NCBI GenBank assembly: GCA_963693365.1
Contig: CAVNZM010000006.1
Location: 8,311,355-8,375,354, forward strand
Length of the DNA: 64,000 nt
Reading direction: 5' to 3'
Source: Amoebidium appalachense
Lineage: Eukaryota > Protista > Ichthyosporea
Position 1 is the stretch's first letter. The number at the start of each line of letters is the position of its first letter. The notes under the pieces were generated by a model. It was not told where the DNA came from. It saw only the letters and a list, made by a program, of their open reading frames with translations, and made no database searches. This document shows positions 1 through 12,946 of this stretch, one piece after another. The position numbers were made by a program, and so were the translations under genes.

Positions 1-25
1 GATTAAGGTAGCTAAGTTAGCAAAA

Positions 26-1630
26 ATGTGTCAGGTAGAGCAGGATTTAGTTTATCATTGTTCTGGGCCAGACGGACACCGAGTTTGGGTCCCGACGGCA
101 CTTGTGCCTGAGGTTTTGCATATGGTGCATGAGCATCCCATGGCTGGTCATTTAGGTGTAAATAGGACGTTGCTTCGTGTTAATCGTTCGTATTTTTGGC
201 CGGGTATGAGTAGGGAGGTGAGGGATTATGTGTTGTCATGCATGCATTGTCAGGAAAGGAATGAGAGTCCCCACTCTCGTTCCCGCCCGTCGTTTATTAG
301 GGATTTTAATGTTCGTATGTTTGAAAGGGTAGCAGTGGATGTGGTCGGTCCTTTTAATTCTACGGTTGAGGGTAACACTGTTCTTGTTACCGTCACCGAT
401 GTGGCCACTCGTTGGGTTGAAGTTTTTCCTCTCCCCACTGCTAATGCCGTTTTGTTTGCTCGTATTTTTGTGGATGAAATTTGTCTTAGGTTTGGTTGTC
501 CTCGTGTTTTGTTAACGGATAGGAGTCGTGTGTTTTTAAATCAGTTGGTGTCGGAGGTGTGTAAAATTTTAAGGGTAGCTCATATCACTACGTCTGCATA
601 TCACCCTCAAGCAAATGCCATCTCTGAACGTGTGCATGCAGTGTTTCAGAAGTCCTTTGGCAAAATGGTGGATGTGGAGGCTAATGATTGGGATCATATG
701 TCTAGGTTTATTGCTCATTCATATAATTCTACCCCTCATGCTGTGACTGGTTTTTCTCCGTTTTATTTGGTCTATGGGCAGGAGGCTATTAGTTTGTTAG
801 ATACGGCACTTTTGCCGATGGGGGGGGCTGACCGACTAACTTATCCCCACTGGACTGAGTTCCGGGAGCAGCTACTAACCCGGGCCCGGGCTGCACGTGA
901 TGCAGCTCTGGCCCGTACACAGCAGGCACAGGCACGTACAGACGTGTCCACACGTCCGTTACGTGAATTTGCCGAGGGTACTTTAGTTTTAATTAGGGAT
1001 CATACTAGGAAGAAGAGATATAAGCAGGAGCAGGAAGGTAAGGGTGAAGGTGAAGGTCTTCGTAAGTATGGTAAGAAATGGTTGCCTCTTTTTATCGGTC
1101 CGTATAAAATAGTGGCTAGGTTAGGTCCGACGGAATATAAGGTGCAGAGGTTAGATAATGAGAGTGATGTTAGATTTTATAATGTAGATGATATAAAGGA
1201 ATATTATGATAGGGCCCTTAGGGTTAAACGGCCGGAGGGCCGTCGAGTGTTAGATGCATTCACCCCCGACTATGACGGGTCGGTGGATGTATCGGAGGCT
1301 GCAGTAGATAAAATTATGGATAAAAAGGTTATCGAAGGTAAGGAAGGTAAGGTAAATTATTATTTAATTCGTTTTGAGGGAGGTTATCAGGAAGATCAGT
1401 GGTTGCCTGAGTTTCATTTGGATTGCCCGTTTTCTATTCGTGCTTATGAGGCTAGATTAGTGCAGAGGGAGTTGCCTAGTGCTCCCTCTCGGCCAAAGAG
1501 AGTTATTCCTCAGTTTAATCGTGGTGTGAAAAAGTCGGTGGGGGAGGGGGCCGGGGGGGGAGTGATGCAAATACACGTAGACACACGGGGGGAGGGGGAG
1601 GGAGGGGAGGGAGACCGAGGAGGAGTGTGA
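26..1630 (+). CDS. pol: Ty3/Gypsy (chromovirus-like) pol C-terminus: integrase plus chromodomain; ORF runs off the left edge
   Basis: H2C2 zinc motif (HEHPMAGHLG...CMHC), rve core D-D-E (VDVVGP...LLTDR...ISERVH), GPY motif (GPYKI), chromodomain-like VDKIMDKK...YYLIRFEG...WLPE. Confidence 0.95.
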   Translation: MCQVEQDLVYHCSGPDGHRVWVPTALVPEVLHMVHEHPMAGHLGVNRTLLRVNRSYFWPGMSREVRDYVLSCMHCQERNESPHSRSRPSFIRDFNVRMFERVAVDVVGPFNSTVEGNTVLVTVTDVATRWVEVFPLPTANAVLFARIFVDEICLRFGCPRVLLTDRSRVFLNQLVSEVCKILRVAHITTSAYHPQANAISERVHAVFQKSFGKMVDVEANDWDHMSRFIAHSYNSTPHAVTGFSPFYLVYGQEAISLLDTALLPMGGADRLTYPHWTEFREQLLTRARAARDAALARTQQAQARTDVSTRPLREFAEGTLVLIRDHTRKKRYKQEQEGKGEGEGLRKYGKKWLPLFIGPYKIVARLGPTEYKVQRLDNESDVRFYNVDDIKEYYDRALRVKRPEGRRVLDAFTPDYDGSVDVSEAAVDKIMDKKVIEGKEGKVNYYLIRFEGGYQEDQWLPEFHLDCPFSIRAYEARLVQRELPSAPSRPKRVIPQFNRGVKKSVGEGAGGGVMQIHVDTRGEGEGGEGDRGGV

Positions 1631-1782
1631 ACGTAGTCGTAGGAATTTAATTTATTATCATAGGTGTCTCCGTAGGTATCAAGCTTATGGTGTAGATTAA
1701 TTTATTATTTTTCTTCGTAATTTATTTAATTTAATTTTTTTTAGGAGACTGATTAGTCTATGTCTTTTTAGGGGGTGTTAGA

Positions 1783-1884
1783 TGTAATGTGACTGAGGTG
1801 GGACTCAGCTTTTCCGGGGGCCGGGGGGGGAGTTGACATATACTAATCCGTCTCAGCAGATTAGCCTAAGTCTACGATCGAGAT

Positions 1885-1921
<37 letters not shown>

Positions 1922-2604
1922 GGCCCGGGTCCACAGATCATCAAGATCAAGTCCGGGGCCTCAAGATAGCTGTACAGCTGCGTGCATCTTGCCTCTGCCG
2001 GCGCAGGGCATTGGACCACGTCAGCCGGGACAGCCGTCCAATAGAATTCTAATTAGTGTGTAGGATAGATCGTAGGAGGACTTAGGAATGTCATTGTTCG
2101 GGCAGAAGCCCTTTTGTAAGGATTGGCAAGGTTTGATAGTATATGTTGCCAAACGTATTTATATATTTAGATGTAGAGGAAAGGGGGGGAGGGAGGGGGG
2201 GGGAGGATAGTATGAAATGTAGATTTAGACTCTGCGGTGCCACTAGGGGGAGGGTGAGGGGTGAGACTTGGATAAATATATTAGTTGAGTAGATCGACTT
2301 AGCTCGTGCAGGCGCACGATAAAAGTAGATCGGAATGTTAATGGAATGTGGCATCGTAGGGGGCCAGGTGATGATGATCTTGTAGGGCACGGCCTTGATG
2401 GCCTCAGTCGTAACTTAGACTCAATCCGTACGGATCTAAGTTTGCCCGTCGGAGCCTGGTCTTAATAAACTTTACCGTTTTTCTGTACACGTTCGTTCCT
2501 TTTCGTGTGTGTACACTTAGTAGAGTGCCGCGTCTCTAGTACACATACATTAGGATACGACACTCTCGGTTCCTTTTGTACTTGTGACTTATCACCTTAT
2601 CACA
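1783..2604 (+). mobile_element. 3' LTR of the Gypsy element
   Basis: Follows purine tract TTTTTAGGGGG; begins TGTAAT and ends ATCACA (imperfect inverted termini); AATAAA near 2464; internal part repeated at 3310-3678. Confidence 0.75.
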
Positions 2605-3153
2605 ACTAAAGAGGGAGAACCAATCGGTTCTATCAGAAGATAGAAAAACACATTCCGTCAGAGCATACGCATTCCAACTTCCGATTATACTAAAGTTTTA
2701 GAAACTCTTACTTAAATAAATTAAGTAATTATACATCTAGTCACTATTAACTCACATATATATTTATGTTCGTCTCTATAAAGAAACTTATTTAAATACA
2801 TATATTTCCTAATAGTCGACACTCTCAAAGTGAAGACACTTTGCAATAAACCGAATTCCATATATATCTATTGTCCAATCACAACACACATATATTAACA
2901 GACAGGAATGCACAACACGATCTACAGATGTACTCGCTCGCGACTATTGGCGAGCCATCCTTTTGAGAACAAAACTAAGCCATTTTGAAATAAAGGAAAG
3001 ACAACGAGTGAGGCTAGCCAATCACGCTACCTCTCAGATAAACAGAGGAGAGCAAACAGAAATAAAATACAATAAGTTCTTATCAGGCAAGAGAGCCAGG
3101 TGTGCACAGATCTACAGATATCTGTGCCCACAGAAACGAGGGAGAGAGAGATA

Positions 3154-3192
<39 letters not shown>

Positions 3193-3309
3193 GGAGAGAG
3201 AGAGAGAGAGAGAGAGCACAAAGAAGGAAAACAGACACGAATACAAACAAGCTAAGACACATACATACTTCAAGGCTCTTGCTGTCATACATGGTGACGT
3301 ATTCCAACA
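2605..3309 (-). mobile_element. Diverged non-autonomous AT-rich element related to the 4137-4875 insertion
   Basis: Roughly collinear similarity blocks to the reverse complement of 4137-4875 (CACAGATCTA-AGATATC, AAGAAACTT, ACTTC..AG.TCTTGC.GT); abuts a G-run at 3310. Confidence 0.5.
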
Positions 3310-3678
3310 GGGGAGGATAGTATGAAATGTAGATTTAAACTCTGCGGTGCCACTAGGGGGAGGGTGAGGGGTGAGACATGGATAAATATATTAGTTTGAG
3401 TAGATCGACTTAGCTCGTGCAGGCGCACGATAAAGTAGATCGGAATGTTTGGAATGTGGCATCGTAGGGGGGCCAGGTGATGATGATCTTCAAGTTGTAG
3501 GGCACGGCCTTGATGGCCTCAGTAGTGACTTAGCCTCATTCCGTACGGATCTAAGTTTTGCCCGTCGGAGCCTGGTCTGAATAAACTTTACCTTTTTTCC
3601 GTACACGTTCGTTCCTTTCCGTGTGTGTACACTTAGTAGAGTGCCGCGTCTCTAATACATACACATAAGGATACGACA
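3310..3678 (+). mobile_element. Partial second copy of the Gypsy LTR
   Basis: Near-identical to about 2200-2562 with small indels. Confidence 0.9.
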
Positions 3679-5069
3679 TCGAGTCTTTCAAACTAGCCAT
3701 CCTTCTTGAACAGAGGCTTGCCATCCGGTCCGGGCGGCGCATCCTTGTAGGTGTTTTTGAACTCCACCAGCCGCGAGACCAGCGTGTATGGCCATGGGTC
3801 GGGAATGACCCGTCAGATTTTCTCCATGAAGTAGCTCAGGTCGCCGCCCTTGAGCTCGGTTTCAATGTCGATGCCCTTCTGCTCCAGCAACCCCTGTGAG
3901 GCAGGATGCCAATATTAATTTACTACGCACACTGCAATTTGGGTTTGGTAGACTTTGATACCTGCCGTTATTGTAGGACCCCTCCCCTCCACCCCCCCCA
4001 TCTTCTCCCCCAACACAAGTAAAAAATGCATGTGGCTGTTTCCCCCCACAACCCTACATTATATCTCTCTAGGCATATGAATAACCCCCACTCTCCTCCT
4101 CCCCCCCTCCCCCCCCCCCCCCCCCCCCCCCCCCCCTGTCATCTTCACTGGATTCACGGCAAGACTTAGAAGTTGAGTTTTGTATTTGTTTATTAGTTTG
4201 TTGTAGTTTGTTTCCTTTTTCCTTTCTTCCTTTCTTTCTTTCTTTCTGTTTTCGTGTACACCGATATCTTAGATCTGTGTACGTATCGACATACTTAGCT
4301 CGCGCACACGTATTGTCGTTTGTGTCAAAATCTATATATGTCATCCAATCAAATCTCGTTTGTATTTTCCCAAATATAGTAACTTACATTCCTTTCTCAT
4401 TCCTTTCTCACGACGTAGCATTGTGCTATGTTCTCCAACTATTAGGAATAATTATATTTAGACGTGTTATGATAAGAACATGTATAAATGTATGTTGTGA
4501 ACTAATAGTTACATAAGTGGTTTCATTTTGTTAAATGTTTCCGTGCTTTTATTAGAAGTTTCTTTCATTAGAGGATTGAGTTTTATATTCTATGTGTCGA
4601 CAGACATTTTGATCGATATATTTTACACTCATGGTTTTCGTCTTTCTGATTGGAAAATAGAGTTTTCGTTCTTTTGATTGGTTTATCGTTTTCACATTCC
4701 CAAGTATAAAAGGGACTTCATCTTGGAATAAATATCAAGCAGTCGTATTCATTTCCTATGGTTCCAGAAATCGTTCCACCTCTCCGGTTGTGTTTCTCCC
4801 GTGTGTCTCTGTGTTGTGTATATCATAACACCCATCTGTGCTCTCTGCTTCTCCGTTTACCCACACAAAACAACACCCCCCCCCCCCCCCCCCCCCCCCC
4901 TCCCCCCCTTTGCCCCCCCCCTCTCTCTGAGGCTCAGGCTCTCTCTCTTCCCTCAGAAGTTTTGTCGAGGGTGTGCATGGTTGTGGGTGGAATGGTGAGT
5001 GTGTGCTAATGAGTGTATGTGTATGTGCGCGTCACGCATGCTGTTGTTGCCGTTTTTTTTTTTTTTTTT

Positions 5070-5100
<31 letters not shown>

Positions 5101-8100
5101 GGGGGGCACCTTCACATGTCCGTAATCCTCTTCATTCCACACAAATATTGCCTCGCTGAGTGCGCGTGCGTACTCAGCCCTGCGGGGGTGTGACTTGTAC
5201 GTGCCGTCCGCCGTGTTTGCGATGGAGTGGAAGGCGTCATTCAGCACAGTCTGCCACACCACCTCCCCAGGCGGTGCCTGGCCCAACATGCCCTCTCTGG
5301 GAGCTGCCTCGGGTCCCCCTGGGGCTGCCTCAAGGCCCCCCGGGGCTGCCTGGGGGTCCTGGGGGGGTGCCTGTAGGCCGGCAAGGGGTTGCTGCTGCTC
5401 GGCAGGGGGAGGACTGGCAGGGGGAGGGGCTGGGTCAGGGACCACCGGCACCTCGGCACCTGGGTCCGGTGGGGGCTGAATGGGCCGTAGCCACTGCAGG
5501 TGCACCATCAGCTCAAAGGGCGGCGGGCCCAGCTCGCCCAGGGTCTTGCCCTTTTCGGGGCCAAAGGGCACCTGCATGGCCGGCGACAGCACCTGATCCA
5601 CCCGCACCACTGCATGCTTCTTGCCCACCTTCAGGCCCCCCCAGCGCTCCGGCTGCACAGCCAGCACCACCCCGGACGGCTGCTGCAGCATGTGGGCCCC
5701 GCCTGGGCACAATCTCAACCCCTTCACCGAGTGCCTTTGCATGAAACCGCGCTGCATGTCATAGAGGGAAGCAAAAAACTCAGCCACTGGCAAAAAGCCA
5801 CAACGCCAACGTTTTTCTCTTCGCTCCACAAATATCAAATGCATATTCCTTAGCAACCCCCTTCTCCCCCCCCCCCCTCCCCTTCTCCCCCCCCCCCCCC
5901 CTCCCAGTGCCCAGCTAGTGTGGCACTTGCACGTGTTAACGGTGCTATAGCCCCCCCCCCCCCCCCCACCACCACCACCACCAATCAGGCTGCCCCCCTC
6001 CTTTGATAGCCATCCGACACCCAGCATAACACCACTGGAACACTGGCCCATGTGGTCAGCCACCCACCCCCCCCCCCCCCCCTCCCTCCCCCTCCCCTCT
6101 CCTCTGGGGGGGCCACAATCTTTCTATATCTGGCATAAGCACATAAGCACTGGGGCAAAAAGCAGGTGGGATACACACCTGACAGGTTTGGCCTATCGAC
6201 CACGGCCGAGTAGACCTGCAGGGACGCATATGCATCTTGAAGGGCAGCGTAGGTGGCCTGCACATCTGATAGCGGCTCGTGCCAGTTGGAGCACCGAACA
6301 AGTGCCGGCTTGGGCAGCTTCTTGCCTATGACCTGGGCAGTGATGTCGGCCAAGCCCCGGGCCGCAGAGGTGATAGCTGCACGGGCGTAGCAGAACCGGC
6401 CCAGCTCCAGATAGCTGGCCACAGGGGTGCCGTAGTCCTTGTTAAGGTGGGCCGAGTCCGTGCCGATCTGCTTGCCCACCTTGATGATGCTGGGGTCCCT
6501 AAGCAGCGCAATCAGCTCGTCCACCAGCCGCGCGGGCGGGCTGTGGTTGGGGCCCATGCATGCCAAGTGGAAGATGTACACGGCCCGTGCGGTGGCAATC
6601 TGCAGCGTGCAAACCTTGGACCGCGCCTGGCCCACCCGATAGACCCACTCGCAGTCCAGCCCCACCACCCGGTGCTGCTGCCCCTCCAGGTCGGCCCGAA
6701 TGGCCGCTGTGGCCACCACCGCCCCCTGGCAGTCGGTGTACACCGGCTTAGGGTAGTTGGCCGGCAGCTCCAGCCCAGGCAGACCGTCCGTGACGCTTAC
6801 CAGCGCAGCCTCGTTCAGACGGATGGGGCATTTTGGCCGGGCTAGGGTTGGAAACATGCGCTCAACAAACGCCCGGTCTTGGCAGCACCGATCTGTGTAG
6901 AAGAAGGCCGGGCCCTTGCTGTTGAGCGCCGCCGTGGTGGCAGAGATGCGCTGGATCACGGGCTCAATCTCCTGGTGGCTGCAGTCCCGTGTAAATACCT
7001 GCGCCCGGATCTCTGGGGTGCCGCACTGTGTGAGAGGGCATATCCGAGCAGCCATGCATGTTCTAGCTTCCCTTACCACATGGCCCTTCCCGAGACTTCA
7101 TGTGCCCACACAATCCTTTCCCCCTCCCTCCCCCCAAACCCATGTGCCCACATACTTTCCCCTCCCTCTCCCCCAAAACCCTTCCCCCTCCTTCCCCCCA
7201 AACCCATGTGCCCACATACTTTCCCCAGGCCTCCCTTTCCCCCAAAATCTTCCCCCCCCCCTCCCCCCTAAACCCATGTACCTACAATCCTTCCCCCTTC
7301 CTCCCCCTAAACCCTTGTGATCACAATCCTTTCCCCCTCTCTGCCTTCCCCCCAAACCCATGTGCCCACGATCCTTCCCCACTCCCCCTCCTCCCAAACC
7401 ATGGGACGGCCATCCTTTTGCTCACCAACCATCATGTTGACAGCCCTCCATATGGCACCTACTGTCCCCCCCCCCCCCCCCCCCCCCCCACCCCACCCCG
7501 GGCCTCTTGCCCTCTCTACCTTCAACCCCCACGGTGGTGTCTCCAACCCCCCTCTCCCCCCCCCCCCCCCCCCCCCCTGCATCCCTTGCAATCACTGGCC
7601 CCTACTCCCATTCTGCTTGGCAGAAGCTTGCCCCCCCCCCCCCGATTCCCCGCCAAAAGAAAGCTCCACCCCAGCCCACCCCAACTCTACCCAGCAAAAA
7701 CACATACACACATATCTGGAGCTTCCTAGTTTTTGCTCGACAGGGCAAGAATTGTCCCCAAAACCCACATACTACACACCTCTACTCACAGTGTGTGTTC
7801 TCATTAATTGTGGAGCCTAAGAGATTTAAAGGCCCTAGAGGGGGAGGGGGGGGGGGGGAGGGGAGGGGGGGGTGTGTGTGTGGGGGGGGGGGGGGGCGGG
7901 TGGGGGGTGTGGGGGGGGGGGGGGAGGGGGGGAGGGAGGGGGCCTGGGGGAGAGTGGGGGGAGGGGGGAGAAGAGGAGGGACCACACACCGCCAAGCTCG
8001 TTTACACAAGTCCATAGGCCTCGGAGTACAGAGGCTCCCCATTGATGCCGGTGAGCTTCCCAATTTGGAAGGTGTGGTCGGCCTTGAGCACGTTTTTTAC

Positions 8101-8342
8101 GGGCTTGAGCTGCGTGTCCAGGCTCTGGTACTTTGCCGTGCGGTCGCTGAACTCAGTATACACGGCACTCAGGTCAAAGTTTGCCTGCACCCCAAATACT
8201 GTTAGAACTCCACCACCCTCCCATCAAGGACCATCCCCCCCATTCCCTCTAGTCCCTCGTGTTCATCTCACCTCTCTGTATTTTCGTAAGTCTGTATGGC
8301 TTTTCCCATCTCAAAAACGCTACACACCCATCTCCGGCCGTT

Positions 8343-8411
<69 letters not shown>

Positions 8412-8645
8412 CCCCCCCGGCTCGCGCAAACCCTCCAAGTCATTGCACCAACTTTCACCTTCTTTCCCCTTTGTGCCCCATCTGCAGTTTGTCCCCTGCA
8501 CGTCCGTTTGCCCTTCCCCCCACACCCTCCTGCCACTACTATAATAACCATTAAGTACCGCCACCAAGATCCAGTCTACCACCATGTGCCCACCCCCCCC
8601 CCCCCCCCCCCCCTCCCCTCCCCCACCCCCCCACCTCCTTCCCAA

Positions 8646-8679
<34 letters not shown>

Positions 8680-8830
8680 CTCTCCACCTCCTTTCCCCCA
8701 ACACACACAGACACACATGCGCACACCCACCATCTAATTTCAGGCATAACAGTTCTACACGATTTCCCAAGCACACTCACTGGTACATGGACCGTTATGC
8801 TTTCACCCCTCTGATGATCCCTCTGCCCTT
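3679..8830 (-). pseudogene. Truncated copy of the Dada-like transposase-exonuclease gene (exons 2-5 only)
   Basis: Highly similar to 22536-26880 including introns; lacks exon 1 and the last exon; frameshift near 5676 and small insertions. Confidence 0.9.
4137..4875 (+). mobile_element. ~740-bp non-coding insertion inside an intronic poly-C tract
   Basis: Poly-C on both sides; the paralogous site (about 22946-23007) is uninterrupted poly-C with the same flanks. Confidence 0.85.
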
Positions 8831-9039
8831 CCCCCCCCCCTGTTGCAGGCCAAAGTGTCGTCCAGGCCAAAGTGTCGTCATCTCTAATTAAAATCCAGGT
8901 CGTCAAATTTGACTGGTCTAGGGGGAATATCGGGCAGGCCAAAATGCACCCCCCCCCCCCCCCCCCCCCCCCCAATACCCCGGGTGACAAGGGGGTCAGA
9001 GGGTTTGTATGACGTGGTGGGAGAAACACAGTGTGTGCG

Positions 9040-9089
<50 letters not shown>

Positions 9090-9090
<1 letters not shown>

Positions 9091-9205
9091 ATAAACAATC
9101 ATTGTCGTGACCTTAGCTTATGACATGTTTTGGCCGGAAAAAGATCATGTCTACTGTTACCAGTTTTTTATCATCTTGGTGCAAATGATGTATTCGGGGG
9201 GGACC

Positions 9206-9236
<31 letters not shown>

Positions 9237-9360
9237 GGGGGGTTTGTGGTATAATCATTATAGTGTCCTGAGCTTGTTGCTTTGTGTGTTGGTCGAAAAA
9301 AAATCATGGCCACAGATAGCAGGATTTTACCAACTCGTTGCAAATGAGTGGTTTGTATGT
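9090..9360. repeat. Two diverged ~110-bp units separated and preceded by poly-G
   Basis: AATCATT..GTG.CCT.AGCTT...AAAA.ATCATG...TGCAAATGA at about 9096 and 9252. Confidence 0.55.
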
Positions 9361-9987
9361 ATTTATCATGCCATTGCATTTACCTTACAGAAGCCATAAT
9401 ACACCACTGATTATTAGTCGTAATCATCTTGTATTCTTAATCATTCTTACATCACAATGTTAAAGTGGGTTTACATAGACTAAGTACCGCTCACATGGAA
9501 TAAAACCCCGGGCCCCCCGCCGGCGGACAGCATATATATTTTGTATGTTTTAGTTGTCACTACGTTAAAGAACCATACACAGCAGCCAATTCATGTTATA
9601 TTCGTAAATATCTTCCATGCACAATTGTCAATCTTGATCTTATACTTATACACCTACATGAAATAAACCCAGACAGCATGCAACCAGCACATTTATGGTG
9701 TATTTAAATACGAGCAGGCATTAAGTCCTTCATTCCAGTTCAAACGATAATGGCATGTTGGCAGCAAAAAAAAACAAAAAACCCCCCAAAAAAACAAAAA
9801 AACACCGATATCCACAAGGTCGTCTACACTACATCCACAGTTGACTTTGCATACGTCAGTTTGCGGGAGCCCACGCCTACCAGTGGTTCCTGGGCGGGCA
9901 CATACACCATGAAGTTGAGATGCACATCCTTAATGCGTGCCCAATTCAACTTAACATATACTATATATATTATATAAGTATACCGTA

Positions 9988-10025
<38 letters not shown>

Positions 10026-10822
10026 GTACACCGGCCCTAGTCAGCAATCTGACACCGTATTACATTTTTGTCCAGATAATCCATTCACATTTGGAATAGT
10101 AGAAATTCGCCAGAGTTAAAAGTATGAAATCAAGCACAGTAAGATTTGGTAGGTCTTTCACTGTGGCATGCATATGCATGTTGTGTATGGGCGAACTTTT
10201 GATGACGTAAACAGCCAGCGGTTGCCCGGGTTTGGCGTATTTAGGCAAATTCCGTGCATTTTGACACCATTCAGGATCGTATTTACAAATTGGATGCCCC
10301 CTTTTGGATCGTATTTCGGGGTTTTCTAAACCGTAATTTGGGCCGATACGATTAGTAACGCAAACCCTGTAAACAACCCTGCATGCTTGCCGTCTGCAGC
10401 TGGCCAGAGTTATGAACATACCCACTCGTTCATAATAATAAATCGGGCCCAGTACCTTGCACGAATGAAAATACGTATGTATATATAACCAGCATTAGTG
10501 GTTACTCGATATATACATATATCTTTTGAGATACACAAGCAAGTACAGATAATAATAATACATGCAGGCATGCATGCATGCCCACCGGCCGCCCATGGCA
10601 TGAATCGATATCACGGGCGTTATACGCAACATGTTGCGGCAACTTGCGGCCTTGCAAGGTCCTGCAAGCTTATTTTATTAGTTGCAAATATTTGGTGCCA
10701 AAGTTCAAGGTATGGCATGTCCACCTTGCCGCGTGGGCCTTAACAATGAAATTCTGTGTCCCCACCCCCTCCCCCCCTTGGCTCCTCCTTCCCCCCCCCC
10801 CCCCCCCCCCTCTATCTCTTCC

Positions 10823-10853
<31 letters not shown>

Positions 10854-11101
10854 ACACACCGGGTGGTAGGTATATAAAAAAAAACAGAAAAGAAAAGAAA
10901 AGAAAAAGAAAGTAAAGTTGTATCTAATAGATTTTCGGAGCCACCGTTTTGATGTAACAATTATCTTGCAAACGTACCTTTTTTAACGGCAATGTCATAC
11001 ATAGCTATAGTATCTTGTTGGGTGGGAGTACCACCTCATCACTGTAACAGCTGAGCCTCACATAGTAGTGACGTGGGTGCACAAGTACTACATCGGACAA
11101 A

Positions 11102-11302
<201 letters not shown>

Positions 11303-12881
11303 CACGTGTATAGTGTGTGCGCGCACCTATGTGTGAGTCCACGTAACTTACCGTCACTGCTCAGGCCCTGATTACCAGAATAGTTTTACATATTTCAGAC
11401 CTATAGGCCTGAGACCTAGGCAGGTGGAGACTAATCTACGGGGCCGGCTCCCTTGATTCAGAAACATCCACAGATGAGTCATAGCAAATACTCGGAGTCG
11501 TCACTTCAGAAGGAGGAGGAGGGAGGAGGAGGGGAAATTGAAATATGATACACTCATACTACACGACCATCCAACGTCTCGGAGTCCCCCCTCCCCCCTT
11601 CCCCCTCCCTCCGCCAGCCTCCTCCCCCGTCCCCCCCCCCCCCCCCCCTCCCCCCCTTCCCCCCGCGCCAGTTATTAAACATGTTGCAGAACGTTATGCA
11701 TCGTGGATGCCCCCCCCCCCCCCCCCCCCTCCCCCCGAGCTTCCTATCCCCTTTCTCCCCCCCCCCCCCCCCCCCCCCCCTCTCCCCAAGTTATTAACCA
11801 GTTTATATTACTGGATGAGTGGGCCCCCCCGAGTCTCTACTCCCCCAACCCTCCCCAGCCCCCCCCAACCCTCCCCCCCCCCCCCCTCCTCCCCCTCGGG
11901 CCCCCTCCCCCTTCCCCTCAGGCCCTCCCGAGTCTCTAGATCTCTCTCTCTTTCAGAGACTCTCTCTCCCCTCCTTCCCCCCCCCTCCCCCCCCCCTTCC
12001 CCCCCCTCCCCCCTGCTCACCGGCCCATGAACAAATAATCACGTGCACCTACTTCTTCCAACGGTTACATTCCGATCAGCGCCTTTTGTAAACCCCTGTG
12101 AACACTGTTTCTCTAGCCAAACCCCGCACCGAATACATGTAGCAAGGAGCACATTGGCAGATTTGTTTGGCCTTCTTCTTATGTATATTTTTCTGAAATT
12201 CGTGGTATACTACATATGCTGGCAGAATAAAGGGAGTTTCCGGCTTTTAGGCCGATCAATTGTCCCCGTTCCAGCACATCCGGGTCAAGCCATTTGTTCA
12301 GCATATAAATCACGATATGAACTGCAATTTTCTTCCTAACACTTTATTATTATTGTTCCCTTCTATATTTCCTATTTTTTCTCTTTTCTTTTTCTTTTTT
12401 GTTGTATTATGGCGCACTTGACGCTTGCTGCGGGCAAAACGATGGTGCACAGCTGATGCGCAGTACGCCAATCATATGGCTAAAATTCCCTCTGACCCGG
12501 CCCGGCCCGAAAACCTAAAAGAAACCTCCTTAAATAATTGATCGGGGCAAAGATTAAGTGCTCACCATGTGTATGCCGGGGCGTCCATGTGTGTCTGTGC
12601 GTGTGTGTGCGCGTGTGGCCATAATTGGGTATGTGGGTATGTCAGTATGTGTGCTGCGTGTTTGAAAGTGTGTGTGTGCGCGTCACAGTGTGTGTGCTAT
12701 CCAACAATATACAATCGGAATTGCTTAGGTAACTGGTGTGTGTGTGTGTTTAAACACATAGTATCGTGTGGAGCCGCCGGTGACTTGCAAGAATGTGCGC
12801 ATTTGAGTGGGCACGTGTGTGCTCGCAGAAGAGGAAGAGAAGAGGAGTGTGTGTGTATGTGTGTGTGTGCGTGTGTGACAC

Positions 12882-12946
<65 letters not shown>

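Noticed and set aside
5985-7079. Stand-alone WRN/EXD2-like exonuclease gene
   Set aside because: It is one exon of the transposase gene and splices in frame with flanking DDE exons in the intact copy
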